A stretch of 63,213 nucleotides of DNA, counting the filler, from an uncultured archaeon (lineage in GTDB: Archaea; Nanobdellota; Nanobdellia; Woesearchaeales; CAIVOO01), in NCBI GenBank assembly GCA_903842985.1. It is 7 parts of 7 records of this genome, joined end to end, with 100 filler letters (N's around TTAATTAATTAA, not from the genome) between each part and the next. Parts side by side here need not be neighbours in the genome. Positions count along the whole stretch, not along the records: positions 32,514 to 54,773 come from CAIMOB010000006.1; positions 54,874 to 59,324 come from CAIMOB010000007.1; 5 more parts are not named here. The stretch is one strand, 5' to 3'. Below the pieces are notes generated by a model. That model was given only the letters and a program-made list of their open reading frames with translations, had not been told where the DNA came from and searched no databases. Of this stretch, positions 47,743-56,322 are shown one piece after another. Numbering within the stretch: the stretch's first letter is position 1; each line of letters starts with the position of its first letter. Both the position numbers and the translations under genes were made by a program.

Positions 47743-47873
47743 TTTCCCTCCAGATACTCCCTCAAAGCGCATTCCACGAAATGGCTCCTGTTCCTAAACT
47801 TTGGCGCTCTTGATTTCTCTATTATCTTTAGAACAATATCCTCTTCCAGTGTTATGCTAAGGTTGTGCTTCAT
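47739..47873 (-). CDS. CopG/ribbon-helix-helix protein (44 aa, absent from the ORF track)
   Basis: MKHNLSITLEEDIVLKIIEKSRAPKFRNRSHFVECALREYLEGK; ATGA overlap with the next gene. Confidence 0.8.
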   Translation of the reverse strand: MKHNLSITLEEDIVLKIIEKSRAPKFRNRSHFVECALREYLEGK

Positions 47874-47927
47874 TTTAACGAACCTTGTGAGTTAAAATGT
47901 CCGCAAATCATGATTTGCGTCATTTTA
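47870..47927 (-). repeat. Start-codon double-hairpin element, copy A3 (5' UTR of RHH gene)
   Basis: Sense: TAAAATGA CGCAAATC-AT-GATTTGCG GA CATTTTAAC-TCACAAGGTTC-GTTAAAATGA. Confidence 0.9.
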
Positions 47928-48049
47928 GCCAATACGTTGTATTAGGTTATATTACAAGTATTTAAACCTTTCGTTACCTATAAGTAACAACATATTATTT
48001 CTATATTGAAAATAAAGCTTTAAATAATGCAGATAAAACCCCAAAAGAT

Positions 48050-48523
48050 ATGACCTACTACGACCAAATCGCACCTGGCTACGATGAATTGCACAGGGAG
48101 GAACAGCTGAAAAAGCTCAATTTCATTGCCAAATACATCAAACTAGAATGCAATGGATTAGATGTTGGCTGCGGAACAGGCGTATCAACCAGCTTCTTTA
48201 ACTGCAAAGTCGGCGTTGACCCTTCTGAAGAGCTTCTTAAAATCGCCAAAAAGAATTATTCGGAAATCAAATTCGTAAAAGCAAATGCAGAGAAACTGCC
48301 TTTCAAGGACAATGAATTTGATTTTGTTGTTTCAATAACAGCAATCCAGAACTTTGATGACATTGAAAAAGGATTGAAAGAAATAAAAAGAGTTGGAAAG
48401 AAGTTTGTTCTGAGCTTCCTGAAGAAGTCAGGCAAAAGAGAAATAATAGAAAAATTGATTGAAACAATCTTTGATGTTAAGAAGAGAATTGAGGAAGAGA
48501 AAGATATCGTCTATTTATGCTGA
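48050..48523 (+). CDS. Class I SAM-dependent methyltransferase
   Basis: LDVGCGTG; AEKLPFKDNEFD. Confidence 0.9.
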   Translation: MTYYDQIAPGYDELHREEQLKKLNFIAKYIKLECNGLDVGCGTGVSTSFFNCKVGVDPSEELLKIAKKNYSEIKFVKANAEKLPFKDNEFDFVVSITAIQNFDDIEKGLKEIKRVGKKFVLSFLKKSGKREIIEKLIETIFDVKKRIEEEKDIVYLC

Positions 48524-49392
48524 TAAGCTAAGACCCCCTTGAATATCATATAGACGATAAAATTCAGCGATTCCCCTGGCTTCATTGGGCTGTTTTCAAT
48601 TATTCTCTTGATGTTGTTTTTTCCATTTGCCATCATCAATGTCGCTTTTTCCTTGTCGTTCAGCAAAAACCGGTTCAGGACTGCAACATTCATTATCTTT
48701 GGAGTCTGGTCAAGGTAATGCGCTGCATTGGTGACTTCAATCTCCCAGTATTTCGGCCTGTCCCTCTTTTCTTCATATTTTTTATGCAGGTCTTCTTCAA
48801 GCCCTTTTTCTATTTCATTTATGCTGAAAATTCCTGGAACAGGCACCTCCTCAATAATCATCTCCAGGTCAGCCTCGTCTTCGAGGTTTAAATCCAGCTG
48901 CCTGCCTTCACCTCCCTGCTCAGACTGTTTTATTATCCTGACATTGGCTAGCATCTCCGCTTTTTTGAGTTCGATTTTTATGAATGAATATAGCTTTTCA
49001 AACATTCCAATGGAAAGTGCACTGGCTTCATTAACCATCAGGCCGACTGAATAATTTTTGCCGTTGTCAGAAATCACAAAGGCATTAAAGTCAATTTTAT
49101 ACTCCTTGAGTGTCTTGACGCACTCATAGATTTCGCCAAGCTTCTGGTCAAACTCAATTGTTTCGTCTGGGGAGCAGAACCATTCATTTTTTCCTTCACT
49201 GATCTTTATTTCGCGCTCCTGCTGCAGTATTTCCAGAAAATAATTCAGAACGCCCGGTGTCGCGTCTGGCAGCTCTTTTCTCATAACATCAACAAGCCAG
49301 TGATCATCTACTTTGCATCTCCTTTCAAACAGGGAAAGCTCTAAATTAAGCGTTTCAATATCTATCTCATTTGATAATTCTTCCCCTGCCAT
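48511..49392 (-). CDS. Hypothetical protein
   Basis: Long acidic ORF; start trimmed to MAGEE. Confidence 0.6.
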   Translation of the reverse strand: MAGEELSNEIDIETLNLELSLFERRCKVDDHWLVDVMRKELPDATPGVLNYFLEILQQEREIKISEGKNEWFCSPDETIEFDQKLGEIYECVKTLKEYKIDFNAFVISDNGKNYSVGLMVNEASALSIGMFEKLYSFIKIELKKAEMLANVRIIKQSEQGGEGRQLDLNLEDEADLEMIIEEVPVPGIFSINEIEKGLEEDLHKKYEEKRDRPKYWEIEVTNAAHYLDQTPKIMNVAVLNRFLLNDKEKATLMMANGKNNIKRIIENSPMKPGESLNFIVYMIFKGVLAYQHK

Positions 49393-49480
49393 GCCAGTTT
49401 CCAATATAAACTTATTAAAAAGCTTTCCAAAACCTTTATAAATCAAAACAAATACTAATCTGCATATGAGAGGTGTTGCG

Positions 49481-50275
49481 ATGAATTTCCTTAGGACGTT
49501 TACATCTAGCCTTAATTTTCTTTCTTACGAACGGCTTGCTGAATCCAGTGTCAAGGAGACATTTAAGTACCTTGCAAAGCTCGTGCTTATTTTTTTCATA
49601 ATTTTCTGCCTGCTGCTGATACCAAAGCTTGTCACGCTTTCAAAGACAATTGACAGCGACCTCAACAAATTTTCAGTTATCCAGCTCAAGACAAACATAA
49701 CTCAGAAAGAGCCAATTGTTTTGTATGGAAAGGACAGCAGGATGATGGTTACATTAGACACAGCAAGCAACGCAACAACTGTTGCAAAAGGGAAATATCT
49801 AATAACTTCTAGCAATATCATAAAGAAAAGCTGGCTCGGAACAGAAATTACAAGCATTAAGGGATATTCTGATGTTTTGAAACATAAGGAGTTTTACAAA
49901 AAGATTGTTTACGTGCTGATTGGGCTTGCGATTCCAGGCATTGTTTTCTTCGGCTACATCGGATATCTAATCAAGTACATTGTTCTGTCATTGATTGTCT
50001 CATTTTTGATATTGATTGCTGTAAGATTATTTAGATACGAAGTTAGCTACAAGCAGATATTTAATTCAACTGTTTACGGGATGACAATAGCAATAATGCT
50101 TGAGGCTGTGCTTAAGCCATTTATTTATATCCCATACATTGGCGTTAACGGAGTCGCATTAATCGCAGGCATTGTCTGGGCGTCGCTTGGCGTATCAAGA
50201 ATCGGATTTTTTGAAAGAAGAAAAAGCAGCGGCGGCCAAAAGACAAGAAGAAGGGGCTACATCGAATTAGAATAA
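49481..50275 (+). CDS. DUF1189-like membrane protein
   Basis: Several TM segments; SYKQIF..TVYG.T. Confidence 0.6.
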   Translation: MNFLRTFTSSLNFLSYERLAESSVKETFKYLAKLVLIFFIIFCLLLIPKLVTLSKTIDSDLNKFSVIQLKTNITQKEPIVLYGKDSRMMVTLDTASNATTVAKGKYLITSSNIIKKSWLGTEITSIKGYSDVLKHKEFYKKIVYVLIGLAIPGIVFFGYIGYLIKYIVLSLIVSFLILIAVRLFRYEVSYKQIFNSTVYGMTIAIMLEAVLKPFIYIPYIGVNGVALIAGIVWASLGVSRIGFFERRKSSGGQKTRRRGYIELE

Positions 50276-50331
50276 AATGACGCAAATCACGATTTGCGGA
50301 CATTTTTAACTCACAAGGTTCATTAAAAATG
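50273..50331 (+). repeat. Start-codon double-hairpin element, copy A4
   Basis: TAAAATGA CGCAAATC-AC-GATTTGCG GA CATTTTTAAC-TCACAAGGTTC-ATTAAAAATG. Confidence 0.9.
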
Positions 50332-50826
50332 GTCAGTTTCATGGAGGTTGCCGGCGCAAGACCTGTTGCGCTCATCACAACAAGAGCGGACGTTGATGTC
50401 CTGGGGAAGAAAACATCGAAAGACAATGTTTTCACATGCTCCTGGAACATGCCTTTGTCATTTAACCCGGCATTGTATGCAATAGCTGTTGGGAAACAGC
50501 GGTTTTCCTACAGGCTCATAAAAAGCTCGCAGTTGTTCGTAGTGAACTTCATTCCGGCGACGCTGAAAAAGGAAGCTGTCTACTGCGGAACGCAGTCAGG
50601 CGAGTTCATTGACAAGTTCAAGGAAGCGAAGCTTAAGACAGAAGAGGCTGAAAATATTGAGTGCCTCCGGCTGAAAGACGCCGTTGCTTTCCTCGAATGT
50701 GAGGTTGTCAATGAAATAGAGGCAGGCGACCATGTGCTGTTTGTCGGCAGGGTCGTGAATTCAAAGATTAATGCTGATAAAAAGAGGCTATATCATATAA
50801 CAGGAGATAAATTTGAGGTGATTTAA
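50329..50826 (+). CDS. Flavin reductase family protein
   Basis: SFNP, FVVN, CG..SG...DKF, LECEV...AGDH.LFVG.V. Confidence 0.9.
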   Translation: MVSFMEVAGARPVALITTRADVDVLGKKTSKDNVFTCSWNMPLSFNPALYAIAVGKQRFSYRLIKSSQLFVVNFIPATLKKEAVYCGTQSGEFIDKFKEAKLKTEEAENIECLRLKDAVAFLECEVVNEIEAGDHVLFVGRVVNSKINADKKRLYHITGDKFEVI

Positions 50827-51327
50827 ATGGAAATACAGGACATCGAACAAATAAAAAGAATTAATGCTTTGACAAAGGAATTATTAGAGCATGGAATAGC
50901 TTCAAACATGGAAGAAGCAGCAGAGCAGGCAAGGAAAATGGTTGAAAGGGGACAGAGCATTGAAGTAAAGCGCGACTCTGAAATTGTTGTAAGGCCCGCT
51001 TCACCGCAGTCGCTCTCAAGCCCAGGGCACAACTTGCTTGGCCTTGATGATTTAAAGCAGAGGATTGACACCATTGAACAGCAGATGGAATCTATGCTTG
51101 GCAAGATTAACGAGATTATTTCTGAATTAAACAGGGTGCAGAAGGGAAAGACAGAGACACCAGCGCCGAGACAGGAACATTCTCCAATAACAATGGAAGA
51201 GCCGAAGAATGACCAGCAGGCGCATCTGAAGGATGAGAAGGTTGAGCCTCACCATAGGACGGGAAAGTATGTTCCAAGTGATGTTTCAATCGAGAAGATG
51301 TTTTACTTCGGCGGCGGAAGAAGGTAA
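50827..51327 (+). CDS. Hypothetical protein
   Basis: SD GAGGTGA; coiled coil; C-terminal DVSIEKMFYFG. Confidence 0.7.
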   Translation: MEIQDIEQIKRINALTKELLEHGIASNMEEAAEQARKMVERGQSIEVKRDSEIVVRPASPQSLSSPGHNLLGLDDLKQRIDTIEQQMESMLGKINEIISELNRVQKGKTETPAPRQEHSPITMEEPKNDQQAHLKDEKVEPHHRTGKYVPSDVSIEKMFYFGGGRR

Positions 51328-51340
51328 TTTTGGGGTAAAA

Positions 51341-51700
51341 ATGGCACCTAAAAAACCTGAATATGAAACGCTAAACTCAAAACTTCTGAAGGAAGATTAT
51401 GAAATCGTAAATGTTATCAAAGATATGTGTATGCCTGAAGGGCTCACAGAATTGCTGATGGACTATGTAAAAGGAAAATACTCGAACATGGCGGTAGTTC
51501 CATCTGAAATTGCGTTTAGGGGAAGTGAATGGCAGCTTATGATTCCTTCTCACATAGTTTATGTTAGGTACAGCCCAAAAGGAAAAAGAATGAGTGAAAA
51601 GAAACACGACCCACAGCACATAAATTTTCATGAACTTCAACCTGAATTCAAAAACATTTATTCAAGGGAAGAGAAATTCATCCACATTACACGCCTATAA
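51341..51700 (+). CDS. Hypothetical protein
   Basis: ORF from MAPKK. Confidence 0.55.
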   Translation: MAPKKPEYETLNSKLLKEDYEIVNVIKDMCMPEGLTELLMDYVKGKYSNMAVVPSEIAFRGSEWQLMIPSHIVYVRYSPKGKRMSEKKHDPQHINFHELQPEFKNIYSREEKFIHITRL

Positions 51701-51761
51701 TTTATTTACCACCTCTTAGTTTAAATAAACCTTTAAATCATATACTGGAATAAATACCTCT

Positions 51762-53039
51762 ATGCCTCTCGAATACATCAATCTTAAGTACAAGCCTCAG
51801 GCAGATGATTTGATTGCAGAATATTACTTAGAGCCTGACGGAATTTCTATTGAGCAGGCATGTGAGCACCTGGCTGCAGAATCTTCTATCGGGACATGGA
51901 CAGACATCTCAACAATGAGCCCGAAAATAGCCCGCAGATTAAAGCCAAATGTCTATTCAATCAACCACAAGACAGGAGAAGTCAAGATTGCCTACACAGC
52001 TGACTTGTTTGAGCCAGGCAACATGGCACAGATATGGTCTGCGATTGCAGGAAATATCTTTGGGATGAAGGCAATCAAGAATCTAAGACTGCAGGACATC
52101 CGTTTCCCAAAAAGCATTGTAAAGTCATTCAGGGGACCAAGGCACGGAATTGAAGGCATAAAGAACCTGACAAAAGTCTACAACAGGCCGCTGGTCGGCA
52201 CAATTGTCAAGCCAAAAGTCGGATTGAATGAGGAAGAGCATGCAAAAGTTGCCTACGAAGCCTGGGTCGGCGGATTGGATGTTGTGAAAGACGACGAAAA
52301 TCTCACATCCATGCCTTTCAATAATTTCCAGAAAAGAATTGTGAAGACTTTGGCATTAAGGGACATGGCAGAGAGAGTAACAGGCGAGAAAAAGATTTAC
52401 ATGCCAAATATAACAGCTGAGACAGGAGAGATGCTCAAAAGGGCTGACTTTGTAAAGGCCCGTGGCGGAGAATACATAATGGTTGACATTCTCACCTGCG
52501 GATGGTCAGGTCTGCAGACAGTAAGAGAGCATGGCGAGAAATCAGGAATGATAATTCATGCTCACAGGGCAATGCACGCTGCATTGACAAGGAATCCCAA
52601 TCACGGCATTTCAATGATGGCGATTGCAAAAAGCGCAAGATTAATCGGCGTTGACCAGCTGCACATTGGAACAGCAGCTGTGGGAAAGATGCATGGCGGA
52701 AGGTCAGAGGAGCTTGCATTGGAAGAAGAGATGGAGTACATGAGGATGAATGATGATTTCCACCATAATATCCTCAGGCAGGACTGGTTTGGCATAAAAC
52801 CTGTGCTTGCAGTCGCTTCCGGAGGCCTCAGCCCCCTTTCAACACCGAAACTTTTAAAAATAATGGGCAAAAACATAGTAGCACAATATGGCGGCGGATG
52901 CCACGGCCACCCTGACGGCACACGAGCCGGAGCAATGGCCATAAGGCAGAGCCTGGATGCTGCGCTCAAGGGCATTTCTCTTAAGGCGTATGCAGAGACA
53001 CACAAGGAACTACAAAGAGCATTGAATAAGTGGAGTTGA
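51762..53039 (+). CDS. rbcL: RuBisCO large subunit, archaeal form III
   Basis: AAESSIGTW, KPKVG, KDDEN, HAHRAMH, VGKM, ASGG, GGG..GHP. Confidence 0.95.
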   Translation: MPLEYINLKYKPQADDLIAEYYLEPDGISIEQACEHLAAESSIGTWTDISTMSPKIARRLKPNVYSINHKTGEVKIAYTADLFEPGNMAQIWSAIAGNIFGMKAIKNLRLQDIRFPKSIVKSFRGPRHGIEGIKNLTKVYNRPLVGTIVKPKVGLNEEEHAKVAYEAWVGGLDVVKDDENLTSMPFNNFQKRIVKTLALRDMAERVTGEKKIYMPNITAETGEMLKRADFVKARGGEYIMVDILTCGWSGLQTVREHGEKSGMIIHAHRAMHAALTRNPNHGISMMAIAKSARLIGVDQLHIGTAAVGKMHGGRSEELALEEEMEYMRMNDDFHHNILRQDWFGIKPVLAVASGGLSPLSTPKLLKIMGKNIVAQYGGGCHGHPDGTRAGAMAIRQSLDAALKGISLKAYAETHKELQRALNKWS

Positions 53040-53047
53040 CGTCTTAA

Positions 53048-53566
53048 ATGTTTGAATTGTTTGGAATGTATAAAGTCAAAAGGTTTTTTGGCAGGAATAA
53101 TGTAAAGCATGAGATAATTGGAAAGCTGAATGAGGTTTATTCTGAGTTTTACGATCTTGAGCAGAAAAAGCAGCCAAGGATTGTGAGAATTAAGCTTGGC
53201 GACAAGGAAAAGCATTTTCTTGAGATTTTTTCAAAGCTAAAAATGCAGTCACCCGCAAAAATGAATAAAGATGCTGTGATGAAGTATCACAGCGAATGCA
53301 ACTATCTGCATGAAATATACCAAAGACTGAATGAGGATACGAAAAAGAAATTCATGGACAGGATGTTGTGCGCAAATGCAAGCTCGCTTGTCAGGATTTT
53401 CGGCATGATAAAGAAGTCAGGCAAGAGCTTTGACGACGACGAGATAAAGAGTTTAATCACAGCAGACTTGAACAAGGTAGAGGGAAATGAAGCAATGGAA
53501 TTCCTGAAAATGAATCTTGAATTTATAGAAGGGAAAAGAAAGGGATTGCCGAAATTAAATATTTAA
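53048..53566 (+). CDS. Hypothetical protein
   Basis: ORF directly after rbcL. Confidence 0.55.
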   Translation: MFELFGMYKVKRFFGRNNVKHEIIGKLNEVYSEFYDLEQKKQPRIVRIKLGDKEKHFLEIFSKLKMQSPAKMNKDAVMKYHSECNYLHEIYQRLNEDTKKKFMDRMLCANASSLVRIFGMIKKSGKSFDDDEIKSLITADLNKVEGNEAMEFLKMNLEFIEGKRKGLPKLNI

Positions 53567-53862
53567 TCTTTAACGTCATTAGAGATGTCTTTTGGCAGTT
53601 TTTTTAACCATTCCGCAACTTCGTCAGGCGGTTTTCCGTATACAGTCATATATAAAAAATAAAACGGGGGACTTCCATCACTTAAATTATGCGCAGTTAA
53701 GATTGCACATGTTTTAATAAAATAAACTTCTTCAAGACAATATGAAGATGGATAATCATCTTTTGCTAATATTTCTTCGCCTCCAAATTTCTTAACATTT
53801 TTTAAAATATCTGAAAGTTCTTTGCGTTTTTCAGCTTTAAATTCATACATTACTTTTGTCAT
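53563..53862 (-). CDS. Hypothetical protein (AT-rich island)
   Basis: ATGA-coupled ORF. Confidence 0.55.
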   Translation of the reverse strand: MTKVMYEFKAEKRKELSDILKNVKKFGGEEILAKDDYPSSYCLEEVYFIKTCAILTAHNLSDGSPPFYFLYMTVYGKPPDEVAEWLKKLPKDISNDVKD

Positions 53863-54446
53863 TTAATCCTCTCTTTCAATTTTTTAATATGATCTAAAAT
53901 TTCTTCATAAGTTAAAAAACCTCTATAACCAATATAATCTCTTCTAAGGTGCCTTTTTGATGATATATTATAAGTTGATCCTCCCATTACATGTGGTTGA
54001 CTTAATTCTAGAACCAAATCATTGATTTCACGATTTTTTCTTATAATCATTTCTGCTTTTTCAAATATTTTTAATGTTTTTTCATCATTACATATTACCG
54101 GTCCAGAATATAATATATGTTCAGGACAATCTTTTTTATATCTAGAGGATACTAGAACAATATCTTCCAAGTCTTTTCTTGTATAAATATCAATTAATTT
54201 AGGATTTCCACCTTTATATCCATTATTATACGCTTCCTGTAATTTTATAGCAAAATCGCCTTTATGAATATGATATATATATTTTATTTCACCCAAACCA
54301 TGCCGCCATTCACTAATGCAAGCGCATTCATTTGGCTTAATTTTAGCAACGAGTCCAAATGGCCCAAATTCCACCACAGGATCTTTTAATGCTTTTTTAA
54401 GTACACTCAAAGATTTTGCAGTCATTTTAGCTGTTTTAAAGTTCAT
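53859..54446 (-). CDS. Hypothetical protein (AT-rich island)
   Basis: 195-aa ORF. Confidence 0.6.
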   Translation of the reverse strand: MNFKTAKMTAKSLSVLKKALKDPVVEFGPFGLVAKIKPNECACISEWRHGLGEIKYIYHIHKGDFAIKLQEAYNNGYKGGNPKLIDIYTRKDLEDIVLVSSRYKKDCPEHILYSGPVICNDEKTLKIFEKAEMIIRKNREINDLVLELSQPHVMGGSTYNISSKRHLRRDYIGYRGFLTYEEILDHIKKLKERIK

Positions 54447-54470
54447 TTTATTTTCCCCCCCATGCGTTTT

Positions 54471-54740
54471 TTAAGTATATTCAGGGATTTCATAATCTTT
54501 TTTTGAAGGAACTTTTCCTTCATTATCAAGTTTAATATGATGTTCTGCAACCAATGCTCCAATATCTCCAAATATTATTCCTGCTTCTTCAATGCCTTCC
54601 TTATGGTGCCTAAATTTTCTATGTTTATGGCGTTCTGAAGGTTCATATAAACTTGCAAATTCATCCAGCCAGCGGTGTATTCTTTCATATCTTTTGCCAA
54701 ATGCTGTTTCGCTTGCCCTGCAATGCTGTTCAAAATTCAT
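54471..54740 (-). CDS. His-rich small protein, DUF6915-like
   Basis: H...S...FG, IH.WLD, HR..RHH..G, AE.HI..D pattern. Confidence 0.6.
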   Translation of the reverse strand: MNFEQHCRASETAFGKRYERIHRWLDEFASLYEPSERHKHRKFRHHKEGIEEAGIIFGDIGALVAEHHIKLDNEGKVPSKKDYEIPEYT

Positions 54741-54773
54741 AACTTTATTTTTTTAAAATTTTGTAATATTGAA

Positions 54774-54873
54774 NNNNNNNNNNNNNNNNNNNNNNNNNNN
54801 NNNNNNNNNNNNNNNNNTTAATTAATTAANNNNNNNNNNNNNNNNNNNNNNNNNNNNNNNNNNNNNNNNNNNN
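54774..54873. other. Artificial contig linker
   Basis: N run + TTAATTAATTAA + N run. Confidence 0.98.
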
Positions 54874-55273
54874 CGGCTTTGGAATGAATGGATCTACACT
54901 AGTATATAATTCAACTATTGGAACTCAGCATAGTTTTCAAGTAGGTGGTGTGCAAAAAGCATACATAAATACTTATGGATTAGCAGTTAATGGTGATATT
55001 TATAAATATTCATCATCTGCCCCAGCAAATTTGAATTGTATAGGCTATCGCCAAGAAGTATTTATAAGTGGCGCATCAGCGCTCACACTGCCTGAACTAA
55101 TCACAAAAACACTTCCCATCAAGAATGCAAACGCAAAAATCTCGAGAATCATCGTGAATATCTGAGAGAGGGCTATCGCTTTAAGTGCATTTGTTTTTTG
55201 ATTTCCACTTCTTTTTCTATTTTCCCTTTTTTCTTTATTCAAGTTAACACCCTTTCCTTTTTGCTATTGATTA

Positions 55274-56248
55274 TTATTTTTTATCGTCGTCTTTAAATAC
55301 CATGTAATAACCATACTTGCTATTTTTGTATAGCCTTCCATTGGGTTCTTCTTTTACAAAAGTATCATCTTTGTCCAGTCTCGTTTCAAGCCAAGATTTG
55401 GATTCGATAGAATAACTCCCGGCAAACTTATTTTGAGCAAGTACATCTAAAAAGTCCTCTGAAGCAATCTTGGCAGCTTCCTCATCAGAATTTGGCATGT
55501 TCTTAAATAACATAAGCCTGATCGGTTTGTTTTTATAAGCCACTGTTGAATCCCTTTCAGTTCTCTGAGCAGCGGCCACAACTTGTTTCTTTTCTCTTGC
55601 AAGCACGGTTATCTCGGCTTTACCTGCAAATCGCCCCTCACTATACCACAATGCAGTATAATTTCCAGCCGGAAGCTTGCCTGGCTCATAGTCAAATCGT
55701 TGTAATGGTGATTCGCGGCTGTTTGAATCCTTATATCCTGCTATTGCTTCTCCCTTATCATTAAGCAATGTAAACTGATATGGCTTTTTTCCAATATCTC
55801 CGGTAAGACAAATTTTCTGGTCATCATAAAAAACTCGGCCTTCTCCAAAATATTCATCTCTTTGAGCATATCCATCGCCATTTACATCTTTCCAGTAATT
55901 GCAGGCAAAAAATCCAGGGCTGTTTTCCCAGGTTTTTTTATTATCTGCGTTATTATTCTGAGCCTGTTGATTCTGCTGCTCCTGTAGGTTTTTTATAGCA
56001 TTCATCGTCTCATGATGCTCTTCGCCAGCAGCAATTGAACTGAATGAAGAATTCATCAAGCCCATTCCCAAGGCAAGCTTACGATTTCCGCTATATGCTG
56101 CGCTCATCGCGCCCATACCTGTCGACATTTCAGCAGTCCTCGATAAATCGCTTGGATATCCAGTGGCGCACCCCGTCATAAGAGCTAGTGCTCCTACGCC
56201 TAAAATTCTCGCCAACCCGCCTGTTTTTTTATCAGTTTTTCTTTCCAT
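55274..56248 (-). CDS. Putative lipoprotein
   Basis: LMTG-C lipobox; Q/N-rich linker; DVNGDG Ca-binding-like loop. Confidence 0.7.
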   Translation of the reverse strand: MERKTDKKTGGLARILGVGALALMTGCATGYPSDLSRTAEMSTGMGAMSAAYSGNRKLALGMGLMNSSFSSIAAGEEHHETMNAIKNLQEQQNQQAQNNNADNKKTWENSPGFFACNYWKDVNGDGYAQRDEYFGEGRVFYDDQKICLTGDIGKKPYQFTLLNDKGEAIAGYKDSNSRESPLQRFDYEPGKLPAGNYTALWYSEGRFAGKAEITVLAREKKQVVAAAQRTERDSTVAYKNKPIRLMLFKNMPNSDEEAAKIASEDFLDVLAQNKFAGSYSIESKSWLETRLDKDDTFVKEEPNGRLYKNSKYGYYMVFKDDDKK

Positions 56249-56322
56249 TTTCCTTGTTTTATCTATGTTTTCCAGCTATTTAAATCTTGTGTTTTTGTTG
56301 TAACTAACAAGTGACAACTAAC

